Shown: in pieces, positions 24,334 to 35,200 of the stretch
Layout of the letters: each line of letters starts with the position of its first letter
How positions within the stretch are numbered: the first letter of the stretch is position 1
NCBI GenBank assembly: GCA_937899865.1
Contig: CALBRH010000033.1
Coordinates: forward strand, 1,873 to 65,872
Source: an uncultured euryarchaeote
Lineage (GTDB): Archaea; Thermoplasmatota; Poseidoniia; Poseidoniales; Poseidoniaceae
Length of the DNA: 64,000 bases
Direction: 5' to 3'
Notes under the pieces: model-generated
Seen by the model: the letters and a program-made list of their open reading frames with translations, nothing else
Database searches by the model: none
Told to the model about the DNA's origin: nothing
Position numbers and translations under genes: made by a program

Positions 24334-26820
24334 ATGCGTTGTACAGCATTAGCCACATTCTTGGTTTTGCTGTTATTGATGCCGGCAGTCTCTTCTCAAA
24401 CATCTGGAAGAGATGCGCCAAATTGTTTAGAGCGAGATATTGACCAATTACTTAACTCGATATCAGTAGATAGTGGAGTATGTGTTAAAGTTGACTTAGG
24501 TACACTACAACCCGGTGATGTTTACGATGTTAGCGTTTCAATTATCAACGATGAAATCGATTTGCTATTCTTTGACCAAAATCAAATTTTAACCTATGAT
24601 GCAGGACAATCTTATCGTTCACAATTCAATCAAATAATTTCAACTGAAAGCGCTCTTGGTGGCTATAGTTTTCATTGGAAGATTCCATCTTCATTAAATC
24701 CAAAGACATGGTATATGGTGTTAGATAATTTAGCTCATGATGGTGATAATGGTCAAGGTGACCAAGGTGGCTCAACCAGTCAAGTCGGTGTGACATTTTC
24801 AAAGATTGAAGAGTCATACTGGACACCATATCATGATGTCATAGCAGTTGATGCTAATGATTTTACCACATTACTTTCTGGTGATGCGCTGAAGTTAGAT
24901 GCTGGAACTACAGTGGTAGTCACCGCTTGGGCACTTGAAGGTGAGGCAGATATTTACTTACAAACTCGAGCAATGCATGATTTGTATGCCTCTGGTGGCG
25001 TTGGTCAACTTTTTATTCAAGATTTAGATTTACAATCTGTCATCGATTCAGATTCAGATTCTTGGACAGTTCCACAAGAATTAGATGGAGAGGAGTTGCT
25101 GGTTGTTGTAGATAATACAGATTCACCAGTGGGTGGTGGAGTTGGTGACTCAAACATTAGAATAAGTGTTAGAGTTGAATTAGCCCCAGTTATTGCTCCA
25201 ATCATTAATGCTCTCAATAATGGTACGACAACTATTGGTCAAACCTTGTCACTTGACGCCAATGATTCACCAAATAAAGTAGGTCAAATTAGTACTCTGT
25301 CATGGGATTTTGATGATTCTATTGATGTTGACCAAGACGGAATTTTCACAAATGATAATGAAGCTCAAGGTTTTGAAGTTCAAGCCCTTTGGACAACTAT
25401 TGGAACAAAGGTTGTCACGCTTACTACTACATCGCCCAATTCACAAATTTCTACAATCAACTATTCAGTAGAAGTAAGTGACATAGTTGCGCCTACTCCT
25501 GTGGTTAGTAGTAGTGCAGAGTTGTTTACTGGTGGCTGGAAAACAAGCATCAATCAAGAGACAGCGTTTAGTTGCAGTTCAAGTACTGATGACGATATTA
25601 TTGCCAGTTGTCTATGGGAGTGGGGTTCTGTATTTTCTGATACAAATAGTTCAACATCGATAACATGGCCGAATATCGGTACTTATCAAGTCAATTTGAC
25701 AGTAGTAGATAATTCAGGAAATTCTGCTACGACTACGGCAATAGTTGTAGTTGATGACTCGTCAATACCTTCACTGAATCAACAGTCAATAGAGCAACTT
25801 CCATCTTCTACAATCGAGGGAGAATCCTTAACTTTGAGTATCGATGCAATAGATGCTTATGATCAATCATATCAGTTAATTTACCATTGGGACCTTAATC
25901 CGAATTCAGATAGTGATGCTAATGGCGACCCTACAGATGACCCTGATTTCATAGGTTCTTCAGTAGATGTTGAATTTGAGCAAGGCGGTAGAAAAGACAT
26001 TGTTGTAACTGTGTTTGACCAATCTGGAAATTCTGATTCACACGCGTTTTCAATTAATGTTGACAATGCTGCTGAACCTACAAGTGCTATTGGTTTAGTC
26101 ATGGTAGCAATGTTTGTCGGATTGGTGACCATCTCAGTTGCGATGATTGGTTTTAGAAGATGGCAAGCCGGTTTAGCAGTGCAATTATTACAAGGTAGGG
26201 GCCTTTCTGAAGCTGAAGCGAAACAACATATTGCGATGGTAAAACAAAGAAAAAAGATACCACTTTTTGCCGATGCATCAGTTATAGCAGGGCTCGATTC
26301 AGGTCAGCAAATTGTAACTAGCGAACAAAAATCACAACAACGCCAAGATGCTGAATATGCATCAATTTATGGCAATTCTAGCAATCAAACTCAAACCTCA
26401 GAAACATTTGCTCCACGGACTAATACGTATGCTCCTTCTGGATTTGCACCAATACAAAATCAATATGGCATGGGCACACAATCTGCTGCAGCAGACGCCA
26501 TGGCTATGTTTGCTGAAGAAGAAAATGAAGAAATCATTGAGACTAATAAGCAAGAAGGCGTAATTGAGAAAGTTACCAAAGTGATTAGTGGAGGTGTTGA
26601 ATTACCTCATCAAGTAAAGGCACAGATTGATGTCAATGATGCGGTAGAAGATGAGCAATCATCTATTGAAGCAACAGATACTACTGCAGATAATCAAAAC
26701 GTTCAACAGGTTTCTTGCCCGCTTTGTTCAAGCAATTTTGAGATTGCAATTCCAGATGTTGATGAAGCAATTGTTGAGTGCCCAACGTGCAACCAAGATT
26801 TCAAGTTAAGATTTGACTAA
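24334..26820 (+). CDS. Large surface protein with PKD/Ig-like repeats, one TM helix, and a cytoplasmic zinc-ribbon tail
   Basis: Signal peptide MRCTALATFLVLLLLMPAVSSQ (the track start at 24268 overlaps rnz). TM helix AIGLVMVAMFVGLVTISVAMIGF. C-terminal ribbon CPLC...x17...CPTC. Confidence 0.7.
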   Translation: MRCTALATFLVLLLLMPAVSSQTSGRDAPNCLERDIDQLLNSISVDSGVCVKVDLGTLQPGDVYDVSVSIINDEIDLLFFDQNQILTYDAGQSYRSQFNQIISTESALGGYSFHWKIPSSLNPKTWYMVLDNLAHDGDNGQGDQGGSTSQVGVTFSKIEESYWTPYHDVIAVDANDFTTLLSGDALKLDAGTTVVVTAWALEGEADIYLQTRAMHDLYASGGVGQLFIQDLDLQSVIDSDSDSWTVPQELDGEELLVVVDNTDSPVGGGVGDSNIRISVRVELAPVIAPIINALNNGTTTIGQTLSLDANDSPNKVGQISTLSWDFDDSIDVDQDGIFTNDNEAQGFEVQALWTTIGTKVVTLTTTSPNSQISTINYSVEVSDIVAPTPVVSSSAELFTGGWKTSINQETAFSCSSSTDDDIIASCLWEWGSVFSDTNSSTSITWPNIGTYQVNLTVVDNSGNSATTTAIVVVDDSSIPSLNQQSIEQLPSSTIEGESLTLSIDAIDAYDQSYQLIYHWDLNPNSDSDANGDPTDDPDFIGSSVDVEFEQGGRKDIVVTVFDQSGNSDSHAFSINVDNAAEPTSAIGLVMVAMFVGLVTISVAMIGFRRWQAGLAVQLLQGRGLSEAEAKQHIAMVKQRKKIPLFADASVIAGLDSGQQIVTSEQKSQQRQDAEYASIYGNSSNQTQTSETFAPRTNTYAPSGFAPIQNQYGMGTQSAAADAMAMFAEEENEEIIETNKQEGVIEKVTKVISGGVELPHQVKAQIDVNDAVEDEQSSIEATDTTADNQNVQQVSCPLCSSNFEIAIPDVDEAIVECPTCNQDFKLRFD

Positions 26821-26893
26821 ACAGTCTATTGTTTCGGTCTTTGAATAAACTTATAGGCGATAGTTTATCGTAGTTTGAAGATGACCAAATGAT

Positions 26894-29800
26894 ATGGATG
26901 AGCGTGCGCTAAGGCTAGTAAGCCCGGGCTTGCCTCAATCTGGAGACCCTCGAAAGCCTGCAATTTTCTTGATTTTGTTGATGTTAGTAGCCATTTCAAA
27001 TCCAGTAGCAGCAGATACATCCATTTCTCGAGATGATTTTGATGTTATCGATGCTCTTATGGAGACTTTAGCGGATAGAACACAAGGCGGAGAGCCAGAT
27101 GTTGCTATCAATGCTGCACAAGGTGCATTGGCTCAGGTTGATGCTAACGCACGAGGCATTTCTGAGTCTGACCCACTAGCAGTATCCAATTCTTTCTTAG
27201 ACAATATTTCTATGCGTGATTCCTCTTCTTTTGAGCCTGACCATCCAAGACCTTACGAATTTTTGATGGATGCATCAACTCAACCAGAGGGATTCCCTAA
27301 CAATTTATTTGAAACATTATTTTCAGTGAATAATCTTGATTTAAACAATATTCTTGCTATAGGAATCAATACCTATGCAGTATATGTAAACTTCACCTCT
27401 AGAGATAGTGGTCCCTCTTATGAAGCATGGGCTCAAGGTACTTTTACCGGTGAGTTGATTGTTGATGGGCAACTCGTATTGTTCGCAAATTATATCGATA
27501 TAGATGGTGATGGAGCCGACGATTTATCAGTTGCATTGACCATTGAAGGCATTCTAAATCAAGGAGATGGCTGGGGTGTTGAAACAAGTGGTGGACTAAT
27601 TCCGATCATTGAGAAACTATGGATAAATCCTACTTTCCAGTGGGAAGTCAGCGCATTAGATCAGACCGACCCATTATGGGACTCTCTGCAACATTTAGAA
27701 ATTAGTTTAATGAAAGGTTTAGCTTTTGACATCACTCTAGATGATTCTGAATCATATGCTATTGTAATTGACACACGATTCACCCAACCTCCTCATGAAT
27801 TTACATTAGGAGTAGGAATAGAGCGGATTGAGTTTAATATCGCACCACAGGATTTGATCTCATTCCTCGCCTCTTTGCTGATTGGAACTGTTAATTCAAG
27901 CGAATTTTCCCTCTCTTCCATAACCGCTCCTTATTCGGTACAAATTAGAAATCCTAATGCACCAGGCACAGATATCCAAACAGATTGTCAAGATGAATCA
28001 TATTACGACCCAATTGCCGATAATGAAGCACCGAGTCATGAGCACAAATGTGGCTTTGGCATTGGTGTGGGATATATTCGGTTTGACGGCGATGGAGGGG
28101 GCTCTTCAGCACCAGTATTGGAAATGAGTTACCTCGATGCTGGTTTCCACCCAGAAATTGGAGATACAAAACTGCCAGAAGAAGTTGACCTAACAATTAG
28201 AAATGATAATCTAGGCGAGAATTCTTTTGATTCAGTAGAAATATATTCTGACAAAGGTTCTGATGTTTATCTTCATTACTTTGAGGATAGAGCTAATGTA
28301 CAAGATGGAGAATCTGAGTTTGGTAATGTCACAGATGCAAGAGCATGGATTCATGGTTTGCCATCTGGAACTATGCCACAACAAGAGATTAATTCAATTT
28401 TCACAATGATTGGTGAAGCACCAAATTCAGTAAATCTTCCTGGTGAAGTGCCCGATCGTCTTTCATTAATTATTGCAATAAAGAATTTCACTGGAGACAC
28501 TTCTGCCAACGTAAATGACCCAACTTTGCCAGTGAACCCCACAGATGCACCTAATACGCTAATTGCCGTAGTAGGGACTGAATCAATCGATCGGCTCGAA
28601 TACAAATCAACTTTTGAGCGAGGTGGAGTATCAACAGACAGTTCTTCCCTTGAGGTAGTTGTTGAAGATGTGCCTAATGCAATATTGATCGAGGGTAGTT
28701 TCTTAGTTTCGCCAACTGGCATAGATAGAGTGAATTATGACAATCCTAATCTAAACACAATTGCTCAAATCTTTGACAACGCATTGCTAACTGTGGTTCA
28801 AGTCGTACTTGATATCGGCGACATAGTCAACTCTCTTCCTGATTCAATAATCAGCACTACTGGTTCAGAAGGAGGGACTCTAGAAGTTCATTGTTATGAT
28901 CAAATCACAGGTAATCTTGGAGGTGACCCTCGAGAGTCTATGGAAATAGGTGTACTCGAGCTGTCATTTTCCAGTAGCGACAATCCAATAATTCCTGACC
29001 AAGACCATATTTTGTTGGCTGAAGACACCAATATTGAGCAAGTAATCAGTAGATCGGGAGAACCAATCAAACCTCTAGTACCGGTTGCAATCAGTGTTCG
29101 GGTTTCTGGAATTTCTGATATTGTCCAAACATTTGATTCCCAAACCGATGTAAGGGATATCGAAATTTTAGGTTCAACAGGAGAATCAATACTCGTAGGA
29201 CATATCAAACATAATGATGGTGATCAAGCCAATGCAATTACTCAATCTGCTATGGTTTCTAACCGACCAGACACACTGAAAATCATTCAAACCTCGAGCG
29301 CTCTGACCTATCAAGCCAGTGAGCCAATACAGTCGATTACCTACGGAGGTAAGAGCCCATCTCAACAAAATTCAATCCAATTAAATGGTTTACCATCTGA
29401 TTTTTCTTTAACTTTAGGTGATACTTTAGGATACACAGGCAATCAACCAATTGAATCTATAATCATTCAATTAACAAATGCTAGTGAACCTAAGACCATG
29501 GATGGTGATCATTTCAGATTTTGGATTGACCAAGACACTGCAGAAGCTAGTATGAGTCTGAAGATTTCAGATATCATTAGCCTTACAAGATTTTCGCCAC
29601 AAGTTCCCGATGCAGTTGGCCCAGAGGGTAATTCACAGATTGAGATGATTAGAAGCCAATCATCGCCATTCTACATTATGTTTGAAGATGAATCACAATA
29701 TGAAGACGAATTTTTAGGCATGAATGGCAAAGCAATTCTTCAACCACTGCCGTCTAATATTTCGGTAGAATTCCCTAGTACAGTTGATTCTTCAAGCCTT

Positions 29801-31555
29801 GAATTACCAAGTTTCGATGAAGGGGAAGGAATTGAGTCATTGTCTTTCTTCTTAGGCGATTTGGTAGATTTCGGTAGTTCGATAAATGACTTAATTTATG
29901 ACTTTACCAAAGACTTGCTTGGAACCGATGGTGACGATGAAGACTTTGCTCTTGAATTAGACTTGCTTACTGGAGAGACTTTCAATCTCACAGTTGACAT
30001 GCGTAAAGGAGCGACAGTCGTTGATGAGCCAGAATGGACTCATGGTGTAGCAATGAATGTGAATGAAGCTACTAAATTAGAATTTAATCTTTCAAGGCTG
30101 CCGCTCTTAACGCAATCCGATATCCAACAGTCAAATGAAATCTTAGCAGACTACAAAATTGACCGAACAGAAAAAGATTTGGCAATCGACATTTTGGTTC
30201 GTTCCAATATTACCGAAGCAACAAAATTAGTCGATGCACTTGAAGATGGAGTTATTTTTGATGATGAATTGGATTCATTAAACCAAACATTGCTGGAAGA
30301 AGAGGGGATCACTCTTGATTTCAGACGCTCTTGGCATAATCGTTTGTGGCTTCCACAATTACCAGCAGGAGAAATTTCACTTGAATATGATTTCAGAATG
30401 ATTGGCGATATACCACAATATGAATTTGATTTATTCTTTGGACAATGGAAACCATTACGTGAACAGATTAGCATTGTCATCAATGGACTTCAAGGCAGAG
30501 ATATGGATTTGGTAATCGATGGTCTCGATATTACTAAACCAAATGATGTTAGTGTAAATGCAGTATTTTTCACGCAGGATAATTTGATAGTTCCAAGATT
30601 TAATGTTGTTATGAATTATGACTTTGGCTCAAACCTTGATTCAGTATATGCAACATTTATCGATAGAATTGAGCAAACCAGAGTTGAATCGTTGTTTATC
30701 GATGTCGCTCAATCAATGAATTTCTCTGCTACAATTGGTGATATTTTCAATATCACAATGAATGTTCCAGAGGAGTTTAGAACTCAAGGCAAATTTTCTG
30801 CTGAGAAATTAATGATTCAACAAATGCGTTTAGTCGATGGGAAATGGTGGCCTGCCACTACCTTCATGCGTAATTTGCCAAGTGAAATGTCATTATCTGC
30901 AGTTCCAGCCAATGATTTTGATATTAGAGCAGATACCTCATTCCAAGGTATGATGACTCTAGATTACTCTTCAAATGAAGAAAATCTCGACCTATATCTC
31001 GAAGCTAGTGGTCCAGCAGTTGACTTTAGAGGAGATGTATTGATGATTGCCCAGGGTCTTCCATCGACATTTAAATTGCAGCCAACCGATGATTGGGGTA
31101 TGCGAGTAGCCTCTTCGGGAGATGGTGTGAAAAGCCTTTACATGAAACAGGAAAATGTGCCAGTTCAGCCTGGAGTAATGGTTGATCGACTAGAATTAAT
31201 TGGTGAAGACTTGAAGTCGGCAGTTATCAATATCAAACGTGGCCCATATGAATATCCAATAATAATTCTTGACGAAATCACTTCTGGTAGAATTGTCGCA
31301 AGTTCGCAAGTTACTACTCAACCAGGTTACTATGTTGATTTCTTCGGCGATAGAGAGTTTGACGGACGCGCAGTTATGTTAGATACACAATTTACTGGAA
31401 TAATTCCGGTCTCATCTTCTCTTGGAGTTAATGGAATGGTTTCAGATTTGAGTTTGATTGGTACTATTACCGGAGGTAATGTTGAAACAAAACATATTTT
31501 GCTGGTTGAACCGGTTACCTCGTTAGTTGCTAGTACGCTTGCGATGTTGGGTTGA
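26894..31555 (+). CDS. Giant secreted/surface protein (1553 aa), acidic, unknown function
   Basis: A long uninterrupted ORF with an N-terminal signal (AIFLILLMLVAISNPVAA) and a short hydrophobic C-terminus. Confidence 0.7.
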   Translation: MDERALRLVSPGLPQSGDPRKPAIFLILLMLVAISNPVAADTSISRDDFDVIDALMETLADRTQGGEPDVAINAAQGALAQVDANARGISESDPLAVSNSFLDNISMRDSSSFEPDHPRPYEFLMDASTQPEGFPNNLFETLFSVNNLDLNNILAIGINTYAVYVNFTSRDSGPSYEAWAQGTFTGELIVDGQLVLFANYIDIDGDGADDLSVALTIEGILNQGDGWGVETSGGLIPIIEKLWINPTFQWEVSALDQTDPLWDSLQHLEISLMKGLAFDITLDDSESYAIVIDTRFTQPPHEFTLGVGIERIEFNIAPQDLISFLASLLIGTVNSSEFSLSSITAPYSVQIRNPNAPGTDIQTDCQDESYYDPIADNEAPSHEHKCGFGIGVGYIRFDGDGGGSSAPVLEMSYLDAGFHPEIGDTKLPEEVDLTIRNDNLGENSFDSVEIYSDKGSDVYLHYFEDRANVQDGESEFGNVTDARAWIHGLPSGTMPQQEINSIFTMIGEAPNSVNLPGEVPDRLSLIIAIKNFTGDTSANVNDPTLPVNPTDAPNTLIAVVGTESIDRLEYKSTFERGGVSTDSSSLEVVVEDVPNAILIEGSFLVSPTGIDRVNYDNPNLNTIAQIFDNALLTVVQVVLDIGDIVNSLPDSIISTTGSEGGTLEVHCYDQITGNLGGDPRESMEIGVLELSFSSSDNPIIPDQDHILLAEDTNIEQVISRSGEPIKPLVPVAISVRVSGISDIVQTFDSQTDVRDIEILGSTGESILVGHIKHNDGDQANAITQSAMVSNRPDTLKIIQTSSALTYQASEPIQSITYGGKSPSQQNSIQLNGLPSDFSLTLGDTLGYTGNQPIESIIIQLTNASEPKTMDGDHFRFWIDQDTAEASMSLKISDIISLTRFSPQVPDAVGPEGNSQIEMIRSQSSPFYIMFEDESQYEDEFLGMNGKAILQPLPSNISVEFPSTVDSSSLELPSFDEGEGIESLSFFLGDLVDFGSSINDLIYDFTKDLLGTDGDDEDFALELDLLTGETFNLTVDMRKGATVVDEPEWTHGVAMNVNEATKLEFNLSRLPLLTQSDIQQSNEILADYKIDRTEKDLAIDILVRSNITEATKLVDALEDGVIFDDELDSLNQTLLEEEGITLDFRRSWHNRLWLPQLPAGEISLEYDFRMIGDIPQYEFDLFFGQWKPLREQISIVINGLQGRDMDLVIDGLDITKPNDVSVNAVFFTQDNLIVPRFNVVMNYDFGSNLDSVYATFIDRIEQTRVESLFIDVAQSMNFSATIGDIFNITMNVPEEFRTQGKFSAEKLMIQQMRLVDGKWWPATTFMRNLPSEMSLSAVPANDFDIRADTSFQGMMTLDYSSNEENLDLYLEASGPAVDFRGDVLMIAQGLPSTFKLQPTDDWGMRVASSGDGVKSLYMKQENVPVQPGVMVDRLELIGEDLKSAVINIKRGPYEYPIIILDEITSGRIVASSQVTTQPGYYVDFFGDREFDGRAVMLDTQFTGIIPVSSSLGVNGMVSDLSLIGTITGGNVETKHILLVEPVTSLVASTLAMLG

Positions 31556-31559
31556 TATT

Positions 31560-32159
31560 ATGGTTGAAGAGGAAAATGGTGTCATTGTTAATGATGAGGG
31601 AGAACTCCTCATACATGAGGACACTATTGTAGAAACAACTCAAATGTCTGCTGAAGATTTGGCAATTCTCCAAGCATCAAAAGACGCTGCGGAATTTGTT
31701 AAAGAATTACAGAAAGAAATAACTCCAAATCGAGTTGCAACAGCTGGCCTAATTCTTCTATTGTTAATGGGAGCAATCTTCTGTACTTGGTATTGGGTGA
31801 TTCCGAGAGATTCAGTGATGGTAGAAACATTGTACATGCAAAGAAGTGGGCATTTGGTTATGTCAGAAATTCATAATACAGGTAGTAGAGAAATTACTGA
31901 TGTTGAAATTCAGGTGTCTTTCCAATCTTTGGATGGAGAAGTCCTCGAAACAATGGGTATCGAAGTAGAATCTATTTCCGCGCACTCTTCAATAGCGGGT
32001 GATGATTTAGAAATGTTAATTGCCGGTTATACAGTTTGGGATAATTATGTCATTGCTATCGACTTAAAATATACTGATCATCGTGGTGATTTACAAATCA
32101 TGTTGGTAACTCATGAAGTAGGTGATTGGGCTTGGGAAGAGTTCAATGATAGAAATTGA
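31560..32159 (+). CDS. Single-pass membrane protein
   Basis: Start moved to the ATG 5 nt after the upstream stop. TM helix ATAGLILLLLMGAIFCTWYWVI. Confidence 0.5.
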   Translation: MVEEENGVIVNDEGELLIHEDTIVETTQMSAEDLAILQASKDAAEFVKELQKEITPNRVATAGLILLLLMGAIFCTWYWVIPRDSVMVETLYMQRSGHLVMSEIHNTGSREITDVEIQVSFQSLDGEVLETMGIEVESISAHSSIAGDDLEMLIAGYTVWDNYVIAIDLKYTDHRGDLQIMLVTHEVGDWAWEEFNDRN

Positions 32160-32215
32160 GCAAATTCTCACACAATACCCCAAGCAATAAAACGCACCGG
32201 AACTAGGACTTAATT

Positions 32216-35200
32216 ATGCAAAGCAGGCGTTCTGTGGGGGCGGTAATGTTCCTTGTGACTCTGTTTATATTGCAAAGTGCGTCTCAATTAGCAATAAATG
32301 GCCCTTCAAATGTCGAAGTTGTCGATGACATAAATCAAATTGAAAGAGTGTATTTTGAATTGAGAGATGACGTTTTCAGTGAAGCGGTTGGAACGTATAA
32401 TTACAACGAATTTTTAGAGGATAGATTGATTCAAGCAAATACCATAATTGGAACCTTTGATGAATATGGTCTTGAATTATCACGTCCTATTAGTGCTGAA
32501 TGGCTACAACCACGTGACGATTTAATGCTGGTTTTAGCCTCTAATGATGTCAATTTAAAGGATGTTCGAATGGAAATTAATGCACTCGAGGGTTTGGTAA
32601 TTAGAGAATATTTACCACCATCCGGTTTGGTATTGCAAGGCACACAATCAGCATTAAACAAAGCAGCAAATCTTGAATCTATTGTTGCAGTTCACAATGT
32701 TCCACTCGCATTAATTTTACAAGCAGAATTACAAGATGTCTTATTGTTACAAGATAGTGAGTCAGCATTGCTTGGAGAAAGAATGAGAATAGAAGGATGG
32801 TTTGGAGAGAATGGACCTGAACAAACCGTTTCATTTAGTGACGAATCCAGTGAAGTTAAGCAAGATATTGCTGATGTTGTAGATTTAGCCTTTGACAACA
32901 TAATTCAATGGGATATTGGAAGATATGAAGGAGACCTTGCTAATGCCGACATAATTAGTATCGCTCAACAACCGTCGGTGAGTGTAATTAGGTTTAATCC
33001 CGTTTTTGAGATTCAAAATAATAATGCAAGAAGTCATATGAAAATAAATAATATGGCGACTTATTTTACTACAGACCTTGATGGTTCAGGACAAATAGTT
33101 GCTGTTGCAGACTCGGGCTTAGATGAAGATCATGGCGATTTTGGAACGCGAGTTGTCGCTAATAACGACGTAATCAATGATGGCTCAACAGCAGATAGAT
33201 GGTCTGGACATGGAACTCATGTTTCATGTACAGTACTGGGTGATGGATACAGAGGTGGTTATGCAGGCGTTGCTCCGGAGGCACAATTGTATTTTCAAGC
33301 CATGGAAAATGATAATACTGGAAATTTTCAATCTCCTTCTCTTAACAGTTTAATTAATTCTGCATACAGTGCAGGTGCTCGAACTCATACCAATTCGTGG
33401 GGTAATAATGGTGGCTTCGGAGAATATTCTTCCGAGAGCAGAGATGTAGATGATCGTGCCAGTAATTATGACAGATACTATTCTGGTGGCGAAGGCTTGA
33501 CAATACTGTTTGCAGCAGGTAATGATGGTCCGGATTCAGATACAGTTTCCCCTCCAGCAACTGCAAAGAATGTAATAACTGTTGGAATGCATCAAAATCG
33601 CTATCAAGGTGCACCAGATTATATCATGCAAGGCTCTTCTAGAGGTCCAGTTGATGATGGGAGAATAAAGCCAGATGTTCTTGCTCCAGGTGGCTATGTT
33701 TGGTCGTGTCGTGCTCAAGAGGCGGCAGATACTGGCGGCGCTTCAGGTAGCTCAACTTGGTATCTTGAATATACGGGTACTTCTATGGCGACTCCTAATG
33801 CAGCGGGCGCTTCCGCAATGATACGAGAATATCTCGAGGAAATAGCGTTACGAGAATCCCCTCAAGGTGCTCTTGTCAAGGCACTTCTAATCTTGGGTGC
33901 TGAAGATGTTGGAAGTCGAGATATTCCAAATAGTGATGAAGGATGGGGTAGAGTAAATCTACGAAATTCACTTGCACCACCAGATGGACAGGGAGTTTGG
34001 GTAGATGATAGATCATTACTTTCAGCAACCGGCAATTCAAAGTCTTATACATTCGATATAGATCAATCAGGAGATCAATTCAAAGCGGTTTTAGCGTGGT
34101 CAGATGAAGCAGCATCCACTTGGTCTTCAACGCAATTAGTCAATAACTTGAATCTCGAGGTCACTGACCCTAATGGACTAACTTATTTGGGTAATGATTT
34201 TGCTAATGGGCGTTCAACAACAGGTGGCAATACTGACACACTAAACAATGTCGAAGTAGTTTTAATCGATTCAGCAATTATTGGAACATGGACAGTTGAA
34301 GTCATAAATGCCAATCATGGAGGAAGCAGAGGTCAACCTTACTCCTTAGCGATAATGGGGCATGGAATAAACGATCTTAAGCCAGATTTAGTTACAGTTG
34401 ATGACGGATTCTTAATCGATATAGCGATTCCAAGTGTCGGTCAAGAAACCGAATTAGAGTGCGTAATTGAGAATACAGGAAATATCCGTTCAAATCCTTT
34501 TGATGTCACCTTAGAAGTCGATGGAGTAGAAATTAGTTCTCAGTCAATGGAACTTGGCGGTGGAAGTCAACGAACATTAGTTTGGTCATGGACTCCACAA
34601 ACAGCAGGTGCTAATACAGTTTCATTCATTATTGACAAAGATGACAATATTGTTGAAACGCTTGAGACAAATAACCGCCAAGACATAATTGTGAATGTAT
34701 CTGAACCTGGTGTTGCAATTACTTCAACTCAACAAATTCAACAACTCCAAAATTCTGAACAAACCTCTACTACTTGGCAAATTAATTTGCAAAATACCGG
34801 CTTGCTAAGCACTAATGCTTCAATAGTTGAATCACCAATTACTTTTCTCGAAGATGGTTCAGAATTGAATTGGTATGTTGGCATGTCAGGCTCTCAGTAT
34901 GAATTACAAGGCAGTGAATCTGTAGAGCTTACCGTCACAGTTGTGCATCCAAAATCTCCAACACCCGGAACTTACAGAATTGTTGTCATAGCAACTGATT
35001 TGGATAATTCAATAACAACTTCATTTGATTTAGATATGGTAGTTGGAGAAATACCTAACATAGGAATAGAATCAGATTATGATGTTATTCCTGTAAGTCC
35101 AATAGAAGCAACTTCCGTGCCGTTATACTTGTTCAATTATGGTAATACTGAAATTGCTTATGATTTACAAGTTCAGCCGCCAAATGGCTGGGATGCTTAT